Assembly: GCA_963720545.1 (NCBI GenBank)
Contig: OY970399.1
Coordinates: forward strand, 1,280,001-1,344,000
Direction of reading: 5' to 3'
DNA from: an uncultured Acidobacteriota bacterium
GTDB taxonomy: Bacteria > Acidobacteriota > Vicinamibacteria > Fen-336
Length of the DNA stretch: 64,000 nt
The notes beneath the pieces were generated by a model. That model was not told the DNA's origin, ran no database searches, and worked only from the letters and a program-made list of their open reading frames with translations. This document shows positions 1-9,955 of this stretch, piece by piece. Position 1 is the stretch's first letter. Each line of letters starts with the position of its first letter. Both the position numbers and the translations under genes were made by a program.

Positions 1-813
1 GGCCTCGCGGCCATCTACCTGATGCTCGGGCGTCTCGCGCCCGCGAAGTCGGCGGAGATGCGCACGCTCGTCGGCCTGGGGGCCGCCTTCCTCACCGCGG
101 CGATTCCCATTCGCCTCGGGCTCAACGGCATCACGGTCGCGTGGGCGGTGGAGGGCGTGCTGCTGCTGTGGCTGGGCCTGCGCAACAAGTCGATCCTCAC
201 GCGCTTCGGCGGCTACGCGGTCCTCCTTCTGGCACTCGGCCGCCTGTTCAGCCGCCACCTCCCCATCCATCCGTGGGACCAGGGATTCACGCCGGTCATC
301 AACGCGAGCTTCGGCGTGTGGATGTTCACCGCGCTCTGCTTCGGCGCGGCGTACCGCGTGGTGCGCGGCATCGAGGAAGACAACCGCCGGCTGCTCGCCC
401 GCTGGCTGCTGGCCGCCGCCGCGGTGCTGGTGCTGTTCGTCGCGATGACCGCCGAGACCAGCAGCTTCTTCGGCCTGCAACAGCGGCTCGCGATGGCGGC
501 GCAGGACCAGGACGGCGCACGGCGCGCGGCGCTCCTCGGCGGCCTCTCGATCTCGCTGCTGTGGAGCGCCTTCGCATCGGCGCTGCTCGTCGCCGGGCTG
601 TCGTTCCGCAGCCGCGCGGTGTTCTATTCCGCTTACGGCTTGTTCGCCGTCACCGCCGCCAAGGTGGTGCTCATCGACCTGTCCGACCTGCAGACCCTGT
701 ACCGCATCCTTTCCTTCCTCGCGCTTGGCGTACTCTTGATGGTGGGCGCGTTCCTCATCATGCGCTTCCGCCATCGTCTCGATCCGCCGGCACCAACCGA
801 GGGAACCACTTGA
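1..813 (+). CDS. DUF2339-like multi-pass membrane protein (5'-truncated by window edge)
   Basis: Frame open from base 1 (GLAAIYLMLG...). Many hydrophobic helices and a C-terminal 'K-V-x-L-x-D-L...YRILSFLALG-x-LL' motif typical of DUF2339. Confidence 0.75.
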   Translation, partial: GLAAIYLMLGRLAPAKSAEMRTLVGLGAAFLTAAIPIRLGLNGITVAWAVEGVLLLWLGLRNKSILTRFGGYAVLLLALGRLFSRHLPIHPWDQGFTPVINASFGVWMFTALCFGAAYRVVRGIEEDNRRLLARWLLAAAAVLVLFVAMTAETSSFFGLQQRLAMAAQDQDGARRAALLGGLSISLLWSAFASALLVAGLSFRSRAVFYSAYGLFAVTAAKVVLIDLSDLQTLYRILSFLALGVLLMVGAFLIMRFRHRLDPPAPTEGTT

Positions 814-2021
814 TCTTGCTCCTCGGCGGTCTGCTCGCCGCCGCCGCTTCCATTCACCCTGCGCTCAGCTATCGCCGTTCCATCGAAGTGCTGGCGCCGG
901 GCCGCGCCAGCGCCGTGCTGGACGCGCAGGTCTACGAGCGCGCGCGTCCCGACCTCGCCGACCTGCGTGTGGAGGACGACAAGGGCGCGATGGTGCCGTT
1001 CGTGCTGGTGCGCGGCTTCGACGACAGCGCCCGCACGGTGCCGGCGAAGGTTCTCAACCGTACCTACGTGCGCAAGAAGTCGCTCACCGCCACGCTCGAC
1101 TTCGGCCAGAGCCTGCTGAAGCGTTCCCTCTACGTCGGCACCGAGGGCGACAGCTTCCGCCGCCGCGTCACCGTCGAGGGCAGCGACGACGGCGCTCGCT
1201 GGGAGACGCTCGTCGCCGGCGCCTACATCTTCGCGGTGCCAGGCGTGGACGGCGCGCGCTACGAGACGGTGCCGCTGCCCGAGAACGACTTCCAGAAGCT
1301 GCGCGTCACGATCGAGAACGACCGCGACGACCCGCCGGTGCTGGTGCTGCGCGACGCTTCGGTGGAATCGGGGCACAAGCCGCGCGAACGGCGGCTCACC
1401 TCCACCTTCCGCACCGAACGCGACGCCGAGAAGAAGGAGACGCACCTCTACGTGGACCTCGGCGGCGACGGCCAGCCGTTCTTCGCGATCGACCTCGACA
1501 TCGGCTCGCCGCGTTTCTTCCGCACCGCCACCGTCGACGCGTTCGGCGGCAAGGACGACAACGACTCGGTGTGGCGCGCGCTCGTCGACTGCGGGCTCTA
1601 CCGCTACCAGGACGGCGCCAGGCTGCACGACTCGACTCGCCTCGTCGCCTCCGGCGCCGCGCGGCGGCTGCGGGTGCGGATCCGCGATGGCGACGACGCG
1701 CCGCTCGACGTCCGCGGCGTGCAGGTGCTGGGGCCGGAGGACCGCGTCGCCTTCGAGGCCGCCTCCGGCAGGCGCTACGTGCTGAGTTACGGCTTTCCCG
1801 ACCGCGAGCAGGCGTCGTTCGACCTGGCCCGCACGGTCGTCGATCCGGCCGCGTGGGCGGCATCGGCCGCTACCGCGGCGCTCGGTGACGAGACGTTCCG
1901 CGACGAGACCGGGCGGCGGCCTTGGACCGAACGCTACCCTGCGCTGCTGTGGGCCGGCCTGGTGCTGGCGGTTGCGGCGCTCGGCGCGCTCACCTACGGA
2001 GCGCTGCGCCGCGCCAGCTAG
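810..2021 (+). CDS. DUF3999-like exported/membrane-anchored protein
   Basis: TTG start overlaps the upstream TGA (TTGA). N-terminal signal, 'DLADLRV...VPF' motif, 'Y.L.YG.....SFDL', C-terminal TM helix (LLWAGLVLAVAALG). Usual partner of DUF2339. Confidence 0.7.
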   Translation: MILLLGGLLAAAASIHPALSYRRSIEVLAPGRASAVLDAQVYERARPDLADLRVEDDKGAMVPFVLVRGFDDSARTVPAKVLNRTYVRKKSLTATLDFGQSLLKRSLYVGTEGDSFRRRVTVEGSDDGARWETLVAGAYIFAVPGVDGARYETVPLPENDFQKLRVTIENDRDDPPVLVLRDASVESGHKPRERRLTSTFRTERDAEKKETHLYVDLGGDGQPFFAIDLDIGSPRFFRTATVDAFGGKDDNDSVWRALVDCGLYRYQDGARLHDSTRLVASGAARRLRVRIRDGDDAPLDVRGVQVLGPEDRVAFEAASGRRYVLSYGFPDREQASFDLARTVVDPAAWAASAATAALGDETFRDETGRRPWTERYPALLWAGLVLAVAALGALTYGALRRAS

Positions 2022-3532
2022 TTGTAGTGCTTGAGCAGCGGCCACACCTGCGCCACGGGCGCACGCAGGCCGCGGCAGATGAACACCGGCCGGTTGTTCT
2101 CGTACGGCATGCACAGGCCGCAGTTCGTGGCGCCGGCTGGTTCGACGGACTCGAAGCGCTGCTTCAGCCGTTCCTCCGAGCTGCCGATGATGACGGCGAC
2201 CTTGCCGTCCCAGCCGCGCGGTCCCCAGAGCCAGTAGTTGTTGTGGCCGCTGACGACGAGCGGCAGCGAGCGGCCACGGCCCAGCAGCTCGATCGCCCCC
2301 GCCACACCGTAGTCGGGCGCGATGATGCGCGCCGCCGAAATCTCCGCGGGTGACAGGCGGCCGCAGGCAGCCGCGACGGTGTCCACGATCGACTGCCAGC
2401 CATGCATGTCGGCATAGAACTGGCCGAGCTGCCCCATCTCGTGCTTCTCTTCGGTGGACGGCGCCTGGCCGAGGGCGCGCGCGTAGGCAATGTACTTGCC
2501 GATCGGCAGCACCGGCAGCGCGAGCGGTGCTATCGCAGCGCCGCCGGCAAGCATGAGCGCGGCAAACGCCGGCAACAGCCAGGCTGCACGCGGCTTCGAC
2601 AACCACGACTCAAGAGCGACGCCGCCCGCGGCGAACAGCCAGGTATATGCAGGCGACAAATAATTCGAACGGCTTGACCCGCTCCCAACAAGGATTGCGA
2701 ACACCGTGACATATGCCCATCCGAGCGCGGCCGTACCGCGGCCGTCGCGCCGCAGGAGCAGCCACACGAGGCCCGCAGCCCACAACGGCAGCGTGAGCGG
2801 ATGCATGCTCGTCACCTGCCCCACGAGGAAGTCGAGGGGCGCGACAGCCTGCATCTTTTCGCTCGTGGCATTGCGTATGAACTCGCGCGTCGGCCAGCCG
2901 TTCGCAGTTTCCCAGAGGACGTAGGGCGAGAAGATCACGGCCGCGATGACACCGGCGAGCCACGGCCCCGCGCTGAGCAGCATGCGGCGCAGCGGCGTGA
3001 GGAAGATGCCGGCGAAGAGCCCGGCGCCGAACCACAGCACGCCGATCTTGTTGAGCAGACCCAGGCCCAGCACCGCCCCGAGCGCAGCCCACCAGCCAAG
3101 GGTGCGCCGTTCGATCAACTTGAGGAACGTGTATGCGCCGAGCGCCCAGAAGAGGACGTCGAACGCATTCATCGAATAGAAGTGGTCGAGCGCCAGGAAC
3201 ACGGGGGCAACGAGCGCGGCGGTCATCGCCAGCACCAGCGCCCACGTCCTGCCTCCAAGCTGGCGCGCCATCATCCCGACCAGCGCAACGGTGGCAGCGC
3301 CGGCGAGCGCCGGCGCCAGCCGGATCGCAAACAGCGAATCGCCGAGCACGGCGCGCACCGCCCACAGGATGAAAACGCTGAGAGGCGGATGGTCGACGTA
3401 GCCCGCCGCCAGCCGGTCGGCGCACGCCAGGTAATAGAACTCGTCGCGGAAGTAACCGTAGCCCTGGACCGCGGCAAGCTGCACGGCGAGCTTCGCCAGG
3501 GCGAAGAGGGCAATCAAAGTGCGGGGCTTCAC
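2018..3532 (-). CDS. Glycosyltransferase family 39 (ArnT/PMT-like, GT-C fold) membrane protein
   Basis: 'YFRDEFYY...GYVDHPPL' motif, about 10 TM helices, C-terminal 'SGHNNYWLWG'. Confidence 0.8.
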   Translation of the reverse strand: MKPRTLIALFALAKLAVQLAAVQGYGYFRDEFYYLACADRLAAGYVDHPPLSVFILWAVRAVLGDSLFAIRLAPALAGAATVALVGMMARQLGGRTWALVLAMTAALVAPVFLALDHFYSMNAFDVLFWALGAYTFLKLIERRTLGWWAALGAVLGLGLLNKIGVLWFGAGLFAGIFLTPLRRMLLSAGPWLAGVIAAVIFSPYVLWETANGWPTREFIRNATSEKMQAVAPLDFLVGQVTSMHPLTLPLWAAGLVWLLLRRDGRGTAALGWAYVTVFAILVGSGSSRSNYLSPAYTWLFAAGGVALESWLSKPRAAWLLPAFAALMLAGGAAIAPLALPVLPIGKYIAYARALGQAPSTEEKHEMGQLGQFYADMHGWQSIVDTVAAACGRLSPAEISAARIIAPDYGVAGAIELLGRGRSLPLVVSGHNNYWLWGPRGWDGKVAVIIGSSEERLKQRFESVEPAGATNCGLCMPYENNRPVFICRGLRAPVAQVWPLLKHYN

Positions 3533-3590
3533 GGGGAGACTCTAACCGGGGTGGGAACGGACACAGCAGATCGCGGCCGCCTGGGTACGG

Positions 3591-3627
3591 CAAAACGGAA
3601 AGGGGACGCCGCTTGTGCGGCGTCCCC
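3591..3627 (-). terminator. Rho-independent terminator of the TonB-dependent receptor gene
   Basis: Perfect 11-bp stem GGGGACGCCGC-TTGT-GCGGCGTCCCC (3602-3627), followed on the minus strand by TTTCCGTTTT. Confidence 0.8.
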
Positions 3628-3671
3628 CGATAGCTACTAAGTACTCGCAGTCCTTCGGACTGCTCGAGCGT

Positions 3672-6548
3672 TTAAAAACGGAACCCGAGCGAGAAGCGGA
3701 TGGTGCGGGCGATCGGATAGGAATTGTTGCCGGTCGCCTGGCCAAAGGTGGAGCGGCGGATGAACTGCGTGGGCAGCCCCAACTCGTCGACGGGTCCTGC
3801 CGTGTCCGGGAGGATACGCTTGTCGAAGCCGTTGATGCCGGCGCCAAGAGTCTGGTTGTTGAACAGGTTGCGCACGTCGAACTTCACGTACGGCGACAGG
3901 CGCTTGTAGATCGGCACGTCGTAGGTGAGCGCCAGGCCGAAGATGTGCGACGCAGCGAAGAAGTTCTCGCCGCGGCCGCCGAAGTAAAGGGTCTGGGTGC
4001 CGGGCAGTGCAGCATAGGCTGCGCCGCGAGCGATCTGTTCGTCGGACAACGAGAAGTTTTCAAGTGTCAGGCTGTAGCTGAGCGGCGAGTCATAGAAGTA
4101 CGAAACCCCCGCAGACAACTGCCCCACCTTGCCGAGGTGCAGGTTGTAGTAGGTGAAGGCCGAGATCTTGTCCTTCTGGTAGCCGGTCAGGTTGCCGATC
4201 GGGAAGTTGCGCTCGGGCGAGAATATTTCCGGATAATCGCCGAGCGTAGAAGAGATCCCGGGCGTGTTGGCGCCTTCACCCGCGAAGTTGCCCTCGTTCT
4301 TGAACTGGTGCGTCCAGTTGGCTTCGAAGCTCCAGTCAGTCGTGAAGTGGTAACCGAACTGGGCCTGGAGCGCCTGGTACTTGCGTTCCGGAAGGTCGCT
4401 GTTGCGAAACACGCGGACTGGCAGCGTGATCGTGCCATCGCAGCCGATGCATTGCGTCGGGATGGTGGTGTCGATCGTGCCGTTGTCGAGGGTCGTGAAA
4501 TCCTCGACGAACTTGGTGACGTTGCGGGTTGAGTAGAGCAACTGACCGAAGCCCTTGTTGCCGCCGAAATTGCCGGCCACACCGAATGCCCATTCGTTGG
4601 TCACGGGCGAGGAAAGGTTTGGCTCGAAAGACACGTTGGCATCTGGCAGTTGCGCGTTCAGGAACACGTAGTTGTTGGTGTCGAGACCGGGCGCGAAATC
4701 GCGGCCAGTGCCTGCCGGGCCAACATAGAAGCCGTAGACCAGACTGGGGTTGCCGACGCGGGTGTTGTTGCCGAACTGGGCGCCGCTGTACTTGCCCGCG
4801 TATCGTGCATAAGAGCCCTTCAGGACCAGTGCGCCGTTGCCCTTCACGTCGAACGCCGCGCCGAGGCGCGGCACGATAGTGTCGGTGTCGACGCCCAGGA
4901 TCCCGCCGGTGGCTTCGCTGCGGACGCGCTCGTATCGCACGCCGGCGTTGAACGTCCAGTGGCTGCCGGCACTGACCTTGTCGTTCAGGAAGAACGAATT
5001 GGTGGTCAGGTCGAGGCGAGCGCCGGGAGCCGCAATCCAGTTCAGGAACAGGTTGGTTCCCGGCTCCCAGACCGGCACGAGATCGCCGCTCGGCCCGGTG
5101 ATGTAGTCGGCGTAGTAGACAAAGCCCGTCGAGGACTGCGTGTTGCCGCCGATGCCCGTCGTGCGGAAGTTCTCAAAGCCGCCCTTGATGTCGTGGCGTC
5201 CGAGTCCCTCCGTGGTGAGAAAGTACGACGCACTGGCCGTGAGTTGACGGTTGCTGCGCGTTTCTGGATCGACGTTGAATCCGAAATAAGGCGCGTTGTA
5301 GTGGTCGCCGTTGAACGTGAAAAACGGCGAGTCCTCGCGGTTCAGGCTCGAGCCGCCGCCCTCCTGAAAGATGAGTTTCTGCTGCGAGTATTGGGCCTCG
5401 ACGAAGAAGTTGGAGCTGAGCGTGCCCTGGTAGGTGCCTACAAACAGATGGTTGGGCGTGTAGCTCTCGTTGACCGTCCGCGGGTCGATGCTGAAATCGA
5501 AGGTCGGGGATACATCGGTCGTATTGTTGAGCGTGTACTGCCCGCTGAGATGGTGATTCTGGTTCGGGCTCGCGGTCAGCTTCGCCTCGAGGCGCTTGTT
5601 GTCGTTGGTGTCGGTGTGCGGCAGACCGGTGAAGTCGAAGGTGTTCTGTTCGCTGGTGTTCTGCTTGCGTCCCGCAAGGGCGAACGTCAACTTGTCCTTG
5701 ATGATGGGCCCGCGCAGCGTCGCTGAGTAGATCTTGCTGAGCGCGCTCTTGCGGTCGATGTCGTTTTCGACCTCGAACGGCGTGCGCTTGGTCCAGCTCG
5801 GGTTGCTGAGGTCGGTGCGGAACGAACCCTGGTACTCGTTGGTCCCGCTCTTTGTGAGCGTGTTGATGATGCCGCCGGAGAACCGGCCATACTCCGCCGA
5901 AATGCCCGACGTCAGCACCTGCACCTGGTCGATCGCGTCCTCGATGTAGGTGTTGTTCGCCGTGCCGAAGAGGTTGTCGTTGATGTCTACGCCGTCGAGC
6001 AGAAAGACGTTGTCGTAGGCAAAGGAGCCGGAGATCGTCAACTGGCCGGTGTTCGGCGTGTTGGTGGTGAGGCCAGGTGCTAGGTCGGCGATGTCCACGA
6101 GACGGCGGCCAGTGGCAAGCTGGTCGACCTTCTTGTAGACGAGGGTTTCGCCGCCGCTGGTCGACTCGACGATGGCTGATGCGGCGTCGGCGGTGACAGT
6201 CACCGTTTCCTCGAGGCCGCTAACGGAGAGCGAAGCGTTGACGGTCTGGCTTTCTCCGATGGTGACGTTCGCGTCCTTCTGGAATGTCTGGAACCCGGAT
6301 ATCTCGAAGCTGAGCTTGTAAGCGCCGGGCGGAAGGCCGCGGAGGATATATGCGCCATTGGTGTCTGAGACGGTGGAGCGCGGGCCGACGAGCGCGGTCG
6401 AGCGCGCGGTTACCGTGGCGCCCGGGAGCGTGGCGCCATCTGTTGAGGTGACCGTGCCCGTGAGGACGCCGGTCTGGGTGCCCTGGGCGTATCCCCAGGT
6501 TGCCGACAGCACCAGTGCTGCGAGCGCCACTGGAACCCTTAGTTTCAT
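3672..6548 (-). CDS. TonB-dependent receptor (Oar-like, N-terminal carboxypeptidase-regulatory domain)
   Basis: Signal peptide (MKLRVPVALAAL...), 'LPGATVT...G.Y...L', plug motif 'SAEYGRFSGG.IN..TKSGTN', C-terminal Phe (LGFRF). ATG at 6548. Confidence 0.9.
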   Translation of the reverse strand: MKLRVPVALAALVLSATWGYAQGTQTGVLTGTVTSTDGATLPGATVTARSTALVGPRSTVSDTNGAYILRGLPPGAYKLSFEISGFQTFQKDANVTIGESQTVNASLSVSGLEETVTVTADAASAIVESTSGGETLVYKKVDQLATGRRLVDIADLAPGLTTNTPNTGQLTISGSFAYDNVFLLDGVDINDNLFGTANNTYIEDAIDQVQVLTSGISAEYGRFSGGIINTLTKSGTNEYQGSFRTDLSNPSWTKRTPFEVENDIDRKSALSKIYSATLRGPIIKDKLTFALAGRKQNTSEQNTFDFTGLPHTDTNDNKRLEAKLTASPNQNHHLSGQYTLNNTTDVSPTFDFSIDPRTVNESYTPNHLFVGTYQGTLSSNFFVEAQYSQQKLIFQEGGGSSLNREDSPFFTFNGDHYNAPYFGFNVDPETRSNRQLTASASYFLTTEGLGRHDIKGGFENFRTTGIGGNTQSSTGFVYYADYITGPSGDLVPVWEPGTNLFLNWIAAPGARLDLTTNSFFLNDKVSAGSHWTFNAGVRYERVRSEATGGILGVDTDTIVPRLGAAFDVKGNGALVLKGSYARYAGKYSGAQFGNNTRVGNPSLVYGFYVGPAGTGRDFAPGLDTNNYVFLNAQLPDANVSFEPNLSSPVTNEWAFGVAGNFGGNKGFGQLLYSTRNVTKFVEDFTTLDNGTIDTTIPTQCIGCDGTITLPVRVFRNSDLPERKYQALQAQFGYHFTTDWSFEANWTHQFKNEGNFAGEGANTPGISSTLGDYPEIFSPERNFPIGNLTGYQKDKISAFTYYNLHLGKVGQLSAGVSYFYDSPLSYSLTLENFSLSDEQIARGAAYAALPGTQTLYFGGRGENFFAASHIFGLALTYDVPIYKRLSPYVKFDVRNLFNNQTLGAGINGFDKRILPDTAGPVDELGLPTQFIRRSTFGQATGNNSYPIARTIRFSLGFRF

Positions 6549-6611
6549 GTCTCTCTCTTTCTCTCTTCGCGCAAACGACCGCATGAGTCTTCGGTTATGC
6601 GTTTAAAGAGT

Positions 6612-6627
6612 GGCAAGAGACACGCCA
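6612..6627 (-). promoter_or_regulatory. Putative sigma-54 (-24/-12) promoter of the TBDR gene
   Basis: Minus strand TGGCGTGTCTCTTGCC = GG-N10-GC with TTGC at -12, about 65 nt upstream of the ATG. An AT-rich tract lies further upstream (6684-6720). Confidence 0.65.
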
Positions 6628-6764
6628 GATTCCTGAAGCTGGCGAGCATCGTCGGACAGCGGCTGGAAAGCGCTCAGTAGCGGTGTTTTACGTTCTTTTA
6701 TTGTTGTACTAATTCAAGAAGTCGTCGCGTTTCATCGATATGGAGCGCTGATTTTGTACCGGGC

Positions 6765-8918
6765 TCAATCCATTGGACGTGAGGCTCCGCGGCGCCGCCA
6801 TTGGCGCGCTCCTTCGCGGTCCCCCATGGCATCGAGAGTGCGCGCGGCTGCCTCGAAAGTGGCCTGACGCGGATCGGCCTTCACCATGTCGTTCAGCAAC
6901 CGGTCGAGCTCGCCGACAGTTTTCTTCTGCAGCCCGAAGACCACCGCGAGGCGCGTGTACGCCTGGGTGTTGCGCGGGAAGCGGCGGATCTCGGCGCGGA
7001 ACGCCGCCTCGGCTTCGTCATAACGGTTGAGCCGCGCGAGCGCGTCGCCGCGCAGGAAGTCGATGTCGGGAATGAGCTCGCCTTCGGCGCGGCCGCGCTT
7101 CGCCTCGTCGAGGAGCGCCAGCGCCTCAACGACCTGGCCGCGGCGGATGGCGACTTCGGCAAGGACCACAGCGCCGCCAAGGTTCGCGGCAACCGCAGTG
7201 CTGTCGGTGCGTGCCGCGCGCGCTTCGCGTTCCGCCGTTGCCAGGTCGTCGCGGCCGAGAGCAATGCGCGACAGCAACTCGTGCGCCGCCGGCGGATTCG
7301 ACGAGAGGCCGACACGAGCGTTTGCCTCGGCCTCGTCGAGCTTGCCGAGGCGGAAAGCGACGCGGCCGATCTCGAGCGACAGCGGTCCGGCGAGCGACGG
7401 CGCACCCCGCAGCGCGGCCTTGAAGGCGGTGAACGCGTCCTGGTAGCGGCCGAGGCGCTCGTAGGCCTGCCCCATCTCGTAGCGCGCATCGAAGAGAGCG
7501 GGATTCGCGTCGAGGATGCGCGTGAACAGTGCCACCGCGTCCTCGTCCCTGCCCGCCTTCGCCAGGCGAAATGCGGCGCGGACGTCCTTGAGCACGCCGA
7601 TGCGCTCACGCGGATCGGGCAGCGGTCCGCTCACCGCGTCGCCGCCTCCGCTGAGGTAGCCGAGCGCAGCGAGCTTCTCCAGATCGGCCGCGGACACGCC
7701 GCTGGGCCGCGCGGGCAGCTTCTCCGGATAGCGGCCGAGCGCCGCCTGCAGCACACGAGCGTTCGCAGGTTCGTTCGCGATGCGGTCCGCCGTCTCCCCG
7801 GGATCGCTCACGTGGTCGTAAAGCTCGCGCTTTGCACCTTCGATGTAATGAAAGCGGGAGTCGATCATCGAGCGCAGCGGGCTCCAGCCCAGGTGGATGC
7901 GCGGGTAATACGTCTCCGCGTAGATGGAGCGTTCGCCGCTGGCCGCCGCGAACAGTGGCTTGCCAGCAAGGTCTTTCGGCGTCGCGATGCCCGCCATTGC
8001 GGTGAGCGTCGGAAACACATCGACGAGGGCGGTCGGCGATTCGACGACGGAGCCGGCGCGCTCGCTGCCCGGCAGCTTCACCAGCAACGGCACGTGCAGC
8101 GCCCAGCGGTAGAGCAAAATACCGTGGTCGTCCTCGCCGTGCTCGCCGAGCCCTTCGCCGTGGTCGGAAAGGAACACGACCACGGCCTTGTGATACACCG
8201 AGAGGCGCCGCAGTTCGTCGAGCAGCCCGCCGACGATCTCGTCGCTCTTCGCGATCTCGCCGTCATACGGCTGCGCCGCATAGCGGCTCTTGTACGGTTC
8301 GGGCGGCTCGTACGGCAGGTGCGGCTCGTAGATGTGGAGGAAGAGGAAGAAGGGCCGCGCCGCAACGGTGCCCAGCCAGGTCCTCGCGGCCGCGAGCGTC
8401 GCGTCGCCACGCCGCTGCACCGAGCCCAGCGCGCCGGCCGTCGCCGCGCCCTCGATCTTGTCATCCCAGGTATCGAAACCGTTGGCGATGCCGGTTGCAG
8501 AGCGCAGCACGTACGCGGATACGAAGCCGCCCGTCGCGAAGCCCCTCTCGCGAAACGCAGCGGCCAGCGTCGGGTGCGCCTGCGCGTCGAGCGTATAGCC
8601 GAGGTTGTCGCGCACGCCGTGCTCGAAAGGCAGAAGGCCGGTGAAGAGAGACGCGTGCGACGGCAGCGTCAGCGGCACCTGCGCGTAGGCGTTGCGAAAC
8701 AGCACCGCGTCGCGCCGCAGGCTGTCGATATTGGGCGTCGCGACGGCGCCGTAGCCGTAAGCCGGCAGGTGGTCGGCGCGCAGCGTGTCCACGGAGATGA
8801 TGACGACCGGTGCGTTCGGGTATGCCGCCTGCCCCGCCGGCGCGCTGCCGCGGTTCTTGCAACCAGCAACGCCACCAAACGCCGCCAGCAGCGCGGCAAA
8901 AGCCGCGAGGCGCCTCAT
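6765..8918 (-). CDS. Sulfatase-like (alkaline phosphatase superfamily) lipoprotein with C-terminal TPR repeats
   Basis: Lipobox VAGC; 'VDTLRADH', 'PLTLPSHASLFTG', 'HIYEPH', 'SDHGEGLGEHGE', 'LAALGYL'; then TPR-like helical repeats. Confidence 0.85.
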   Translation of the reverse strand: MRRLAAFAALLAAFGGVAGCKNRGSAPAGQAAYPNAPVVIISVDTLRADHLPAYGYGAVATPNIDSLRRDAVLFRNAYAQVPLTLPSHASLFTGLLPFEHGVRDNLGYTLDAQAHPTLAAAFRERGFATGGFVSAYVLRSATGIANGFDTWDDKIEGAATAGALGSVQRRGDATLAAARTWLGTVAARPFFLFLHIYEPHLPYEPPEPYKSRYAAQPYDGEIAKSDEIVGGLLDELRRLSVYHKAVVVFLSDHGEGLGEHGEDDHGILLYRWALHVPLLVKLPGSERAGSVVESPTALVDVFPTLTAMAGIATPKDLAGKPLFAAASGERSIYAETYYPRIHLGWSPLRSMIDSRFHYIEGAKRELYDHVSDPGETADRIANEPANARVLQAALGRYPEKLPARPSGVSAADLEKLAALGYLSGGGDAVSGPLPDPRERIGVLKDVRAAFRLAKAGRDEDAVALFTRILDANPALFDARYEMGQAYERLGRYQDAFTAFKAALRGAPSLAGPLSLEIGRVAFRLGKLDEAEANARVGLSSNPPAAHELLSRIALGRDDLATAEREARAARTDSTAVAANLGGAVVLAEVAIRRGQVVEALALLDEAKRGRAEGELIPDIDFLRGDALARLNRYDEAEAAFRAEIRRFPRNTQAYTRLAVVFGLQKKTVGELDRLLNDMVKADPRQATFEAAARTLDAMGDREGARQWRRRGASRPMD

Positions 8919-8992
8919 GATGGCACCCTACCCGAGATGTTGCGGGCGTCACAGCCAACGTACGGCCAGCTCGCTAAGCTTCCGGCCACACC

Positions 8993-9856
8993 ATGGAGAT
9001 CACCGCGCGTTTGGCTATCGCGGCGATCCTCGTCGGTGGCGTCGCAGCTTGCAGTTCCGAACCGGTCCCATCTGGACCGACCAACCACATGGTGCCGCCC
9101 GTCATGGTACTTGCCGGCGATACCGGTTCGCCGGTGACGTCCATCATGGCGGAAATGGGCGCCACGGTGTTCCTGAACGAACCTGGTTTTCTGCGACTGG
9201 AGACGCGCAATTCCGGACGGCCGATCTACTTGTGGCCGTCGGGTGGTATTGCTCCACTCACCTACGTACGTTTCATGGTCTATGCCAACCAGGACCCGGG
9301 CTCGCTGTTTCAGTTTGCTGCCGGCAGCGCCTGCGTGGTCGTCGACGAACGCATTACCGACCAGGCGGCTCGCAACGCCGTCCTGAAGGGATTGGATGCG
9401 GTCAATGATGCCCAGGCCAGCGTCGTGTTCCGTGAGGCTTGTTCAGCGCCAGATGTAACGATCACGGTCGATCGACGCGATCCCGGGTTTGCAACGTTTC
9501 CGGAAGCCGCCGCTCTCGCCTACGTCTCGTCAACGCGGCCCTTCGTGATTCGTTCTGCTCGCATCGTGGCCAAGGACGTGCGGTTTCTGCGCTATCCACA
9601 GCTGACGATGCACGAGTTTGGGCACGTTCTCGGATTCAGTCATCTCGACCCGAACGGACCGTTGGGAATGCTGTCGTCGAATCCGGAGGTGTATGAGCTA
9701 CCCGGTTTCACGCCGGCAGAACGCCTCGTGATGAAGCTCGCGCGCATGCGGCCGCCGGGAACGCGGCTCACCGGCGACGAGGAGAGCACAATGGCCGCCA
9801 CCGCCAGCCGCGGCGGAACGAGCCCGAGACTCGCGTGCGCCTTCGCAGCGAACTAG
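8993..9856 (+). CDS. Lipoprotein, putative metzincin zinc metallopeptidase (matrixin-like)
   Basis: Lipobox VAAC; HEXXHXXGXXH motif (HEFGHVLGFSH) followed by a candidate Met-turn (GML). Confidence 0.7.
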   Translation: MEITARLAIAAILVGGVAACSSEPVPSGPTNHMVPPVMVLAGDTGSPVTSIMAEMGATVFLNEPGFLRLETRNSGRPIYLWPSGGIAPLTYVRFMVYANQDPGSLFQFAAGSACVVVDERITDQAARNAVLKGLDAVNDAQASVVFREACSAPDVTITVDRRDPGFATFPEAAALAYVSSTRPFVIRSARIVAKDVRFLRYPQLTMHEFGHVLGFSHLDPNGPLGMLSSNPEVYELPGFTPAERLVMKLARMRPPGTRLTGDEESTMAATASRGGTSPRLACAFAAN

Positions 9857-9955
9857 CTACTGCTGCGGCTCACGGTCTCATGCAGGACTGCTGGTACCGC
9901 GGGCGCACGCCTTCTCGCGCAGTTTGTGCCTCGCGCCGCGGCGGTCAACAACTAT

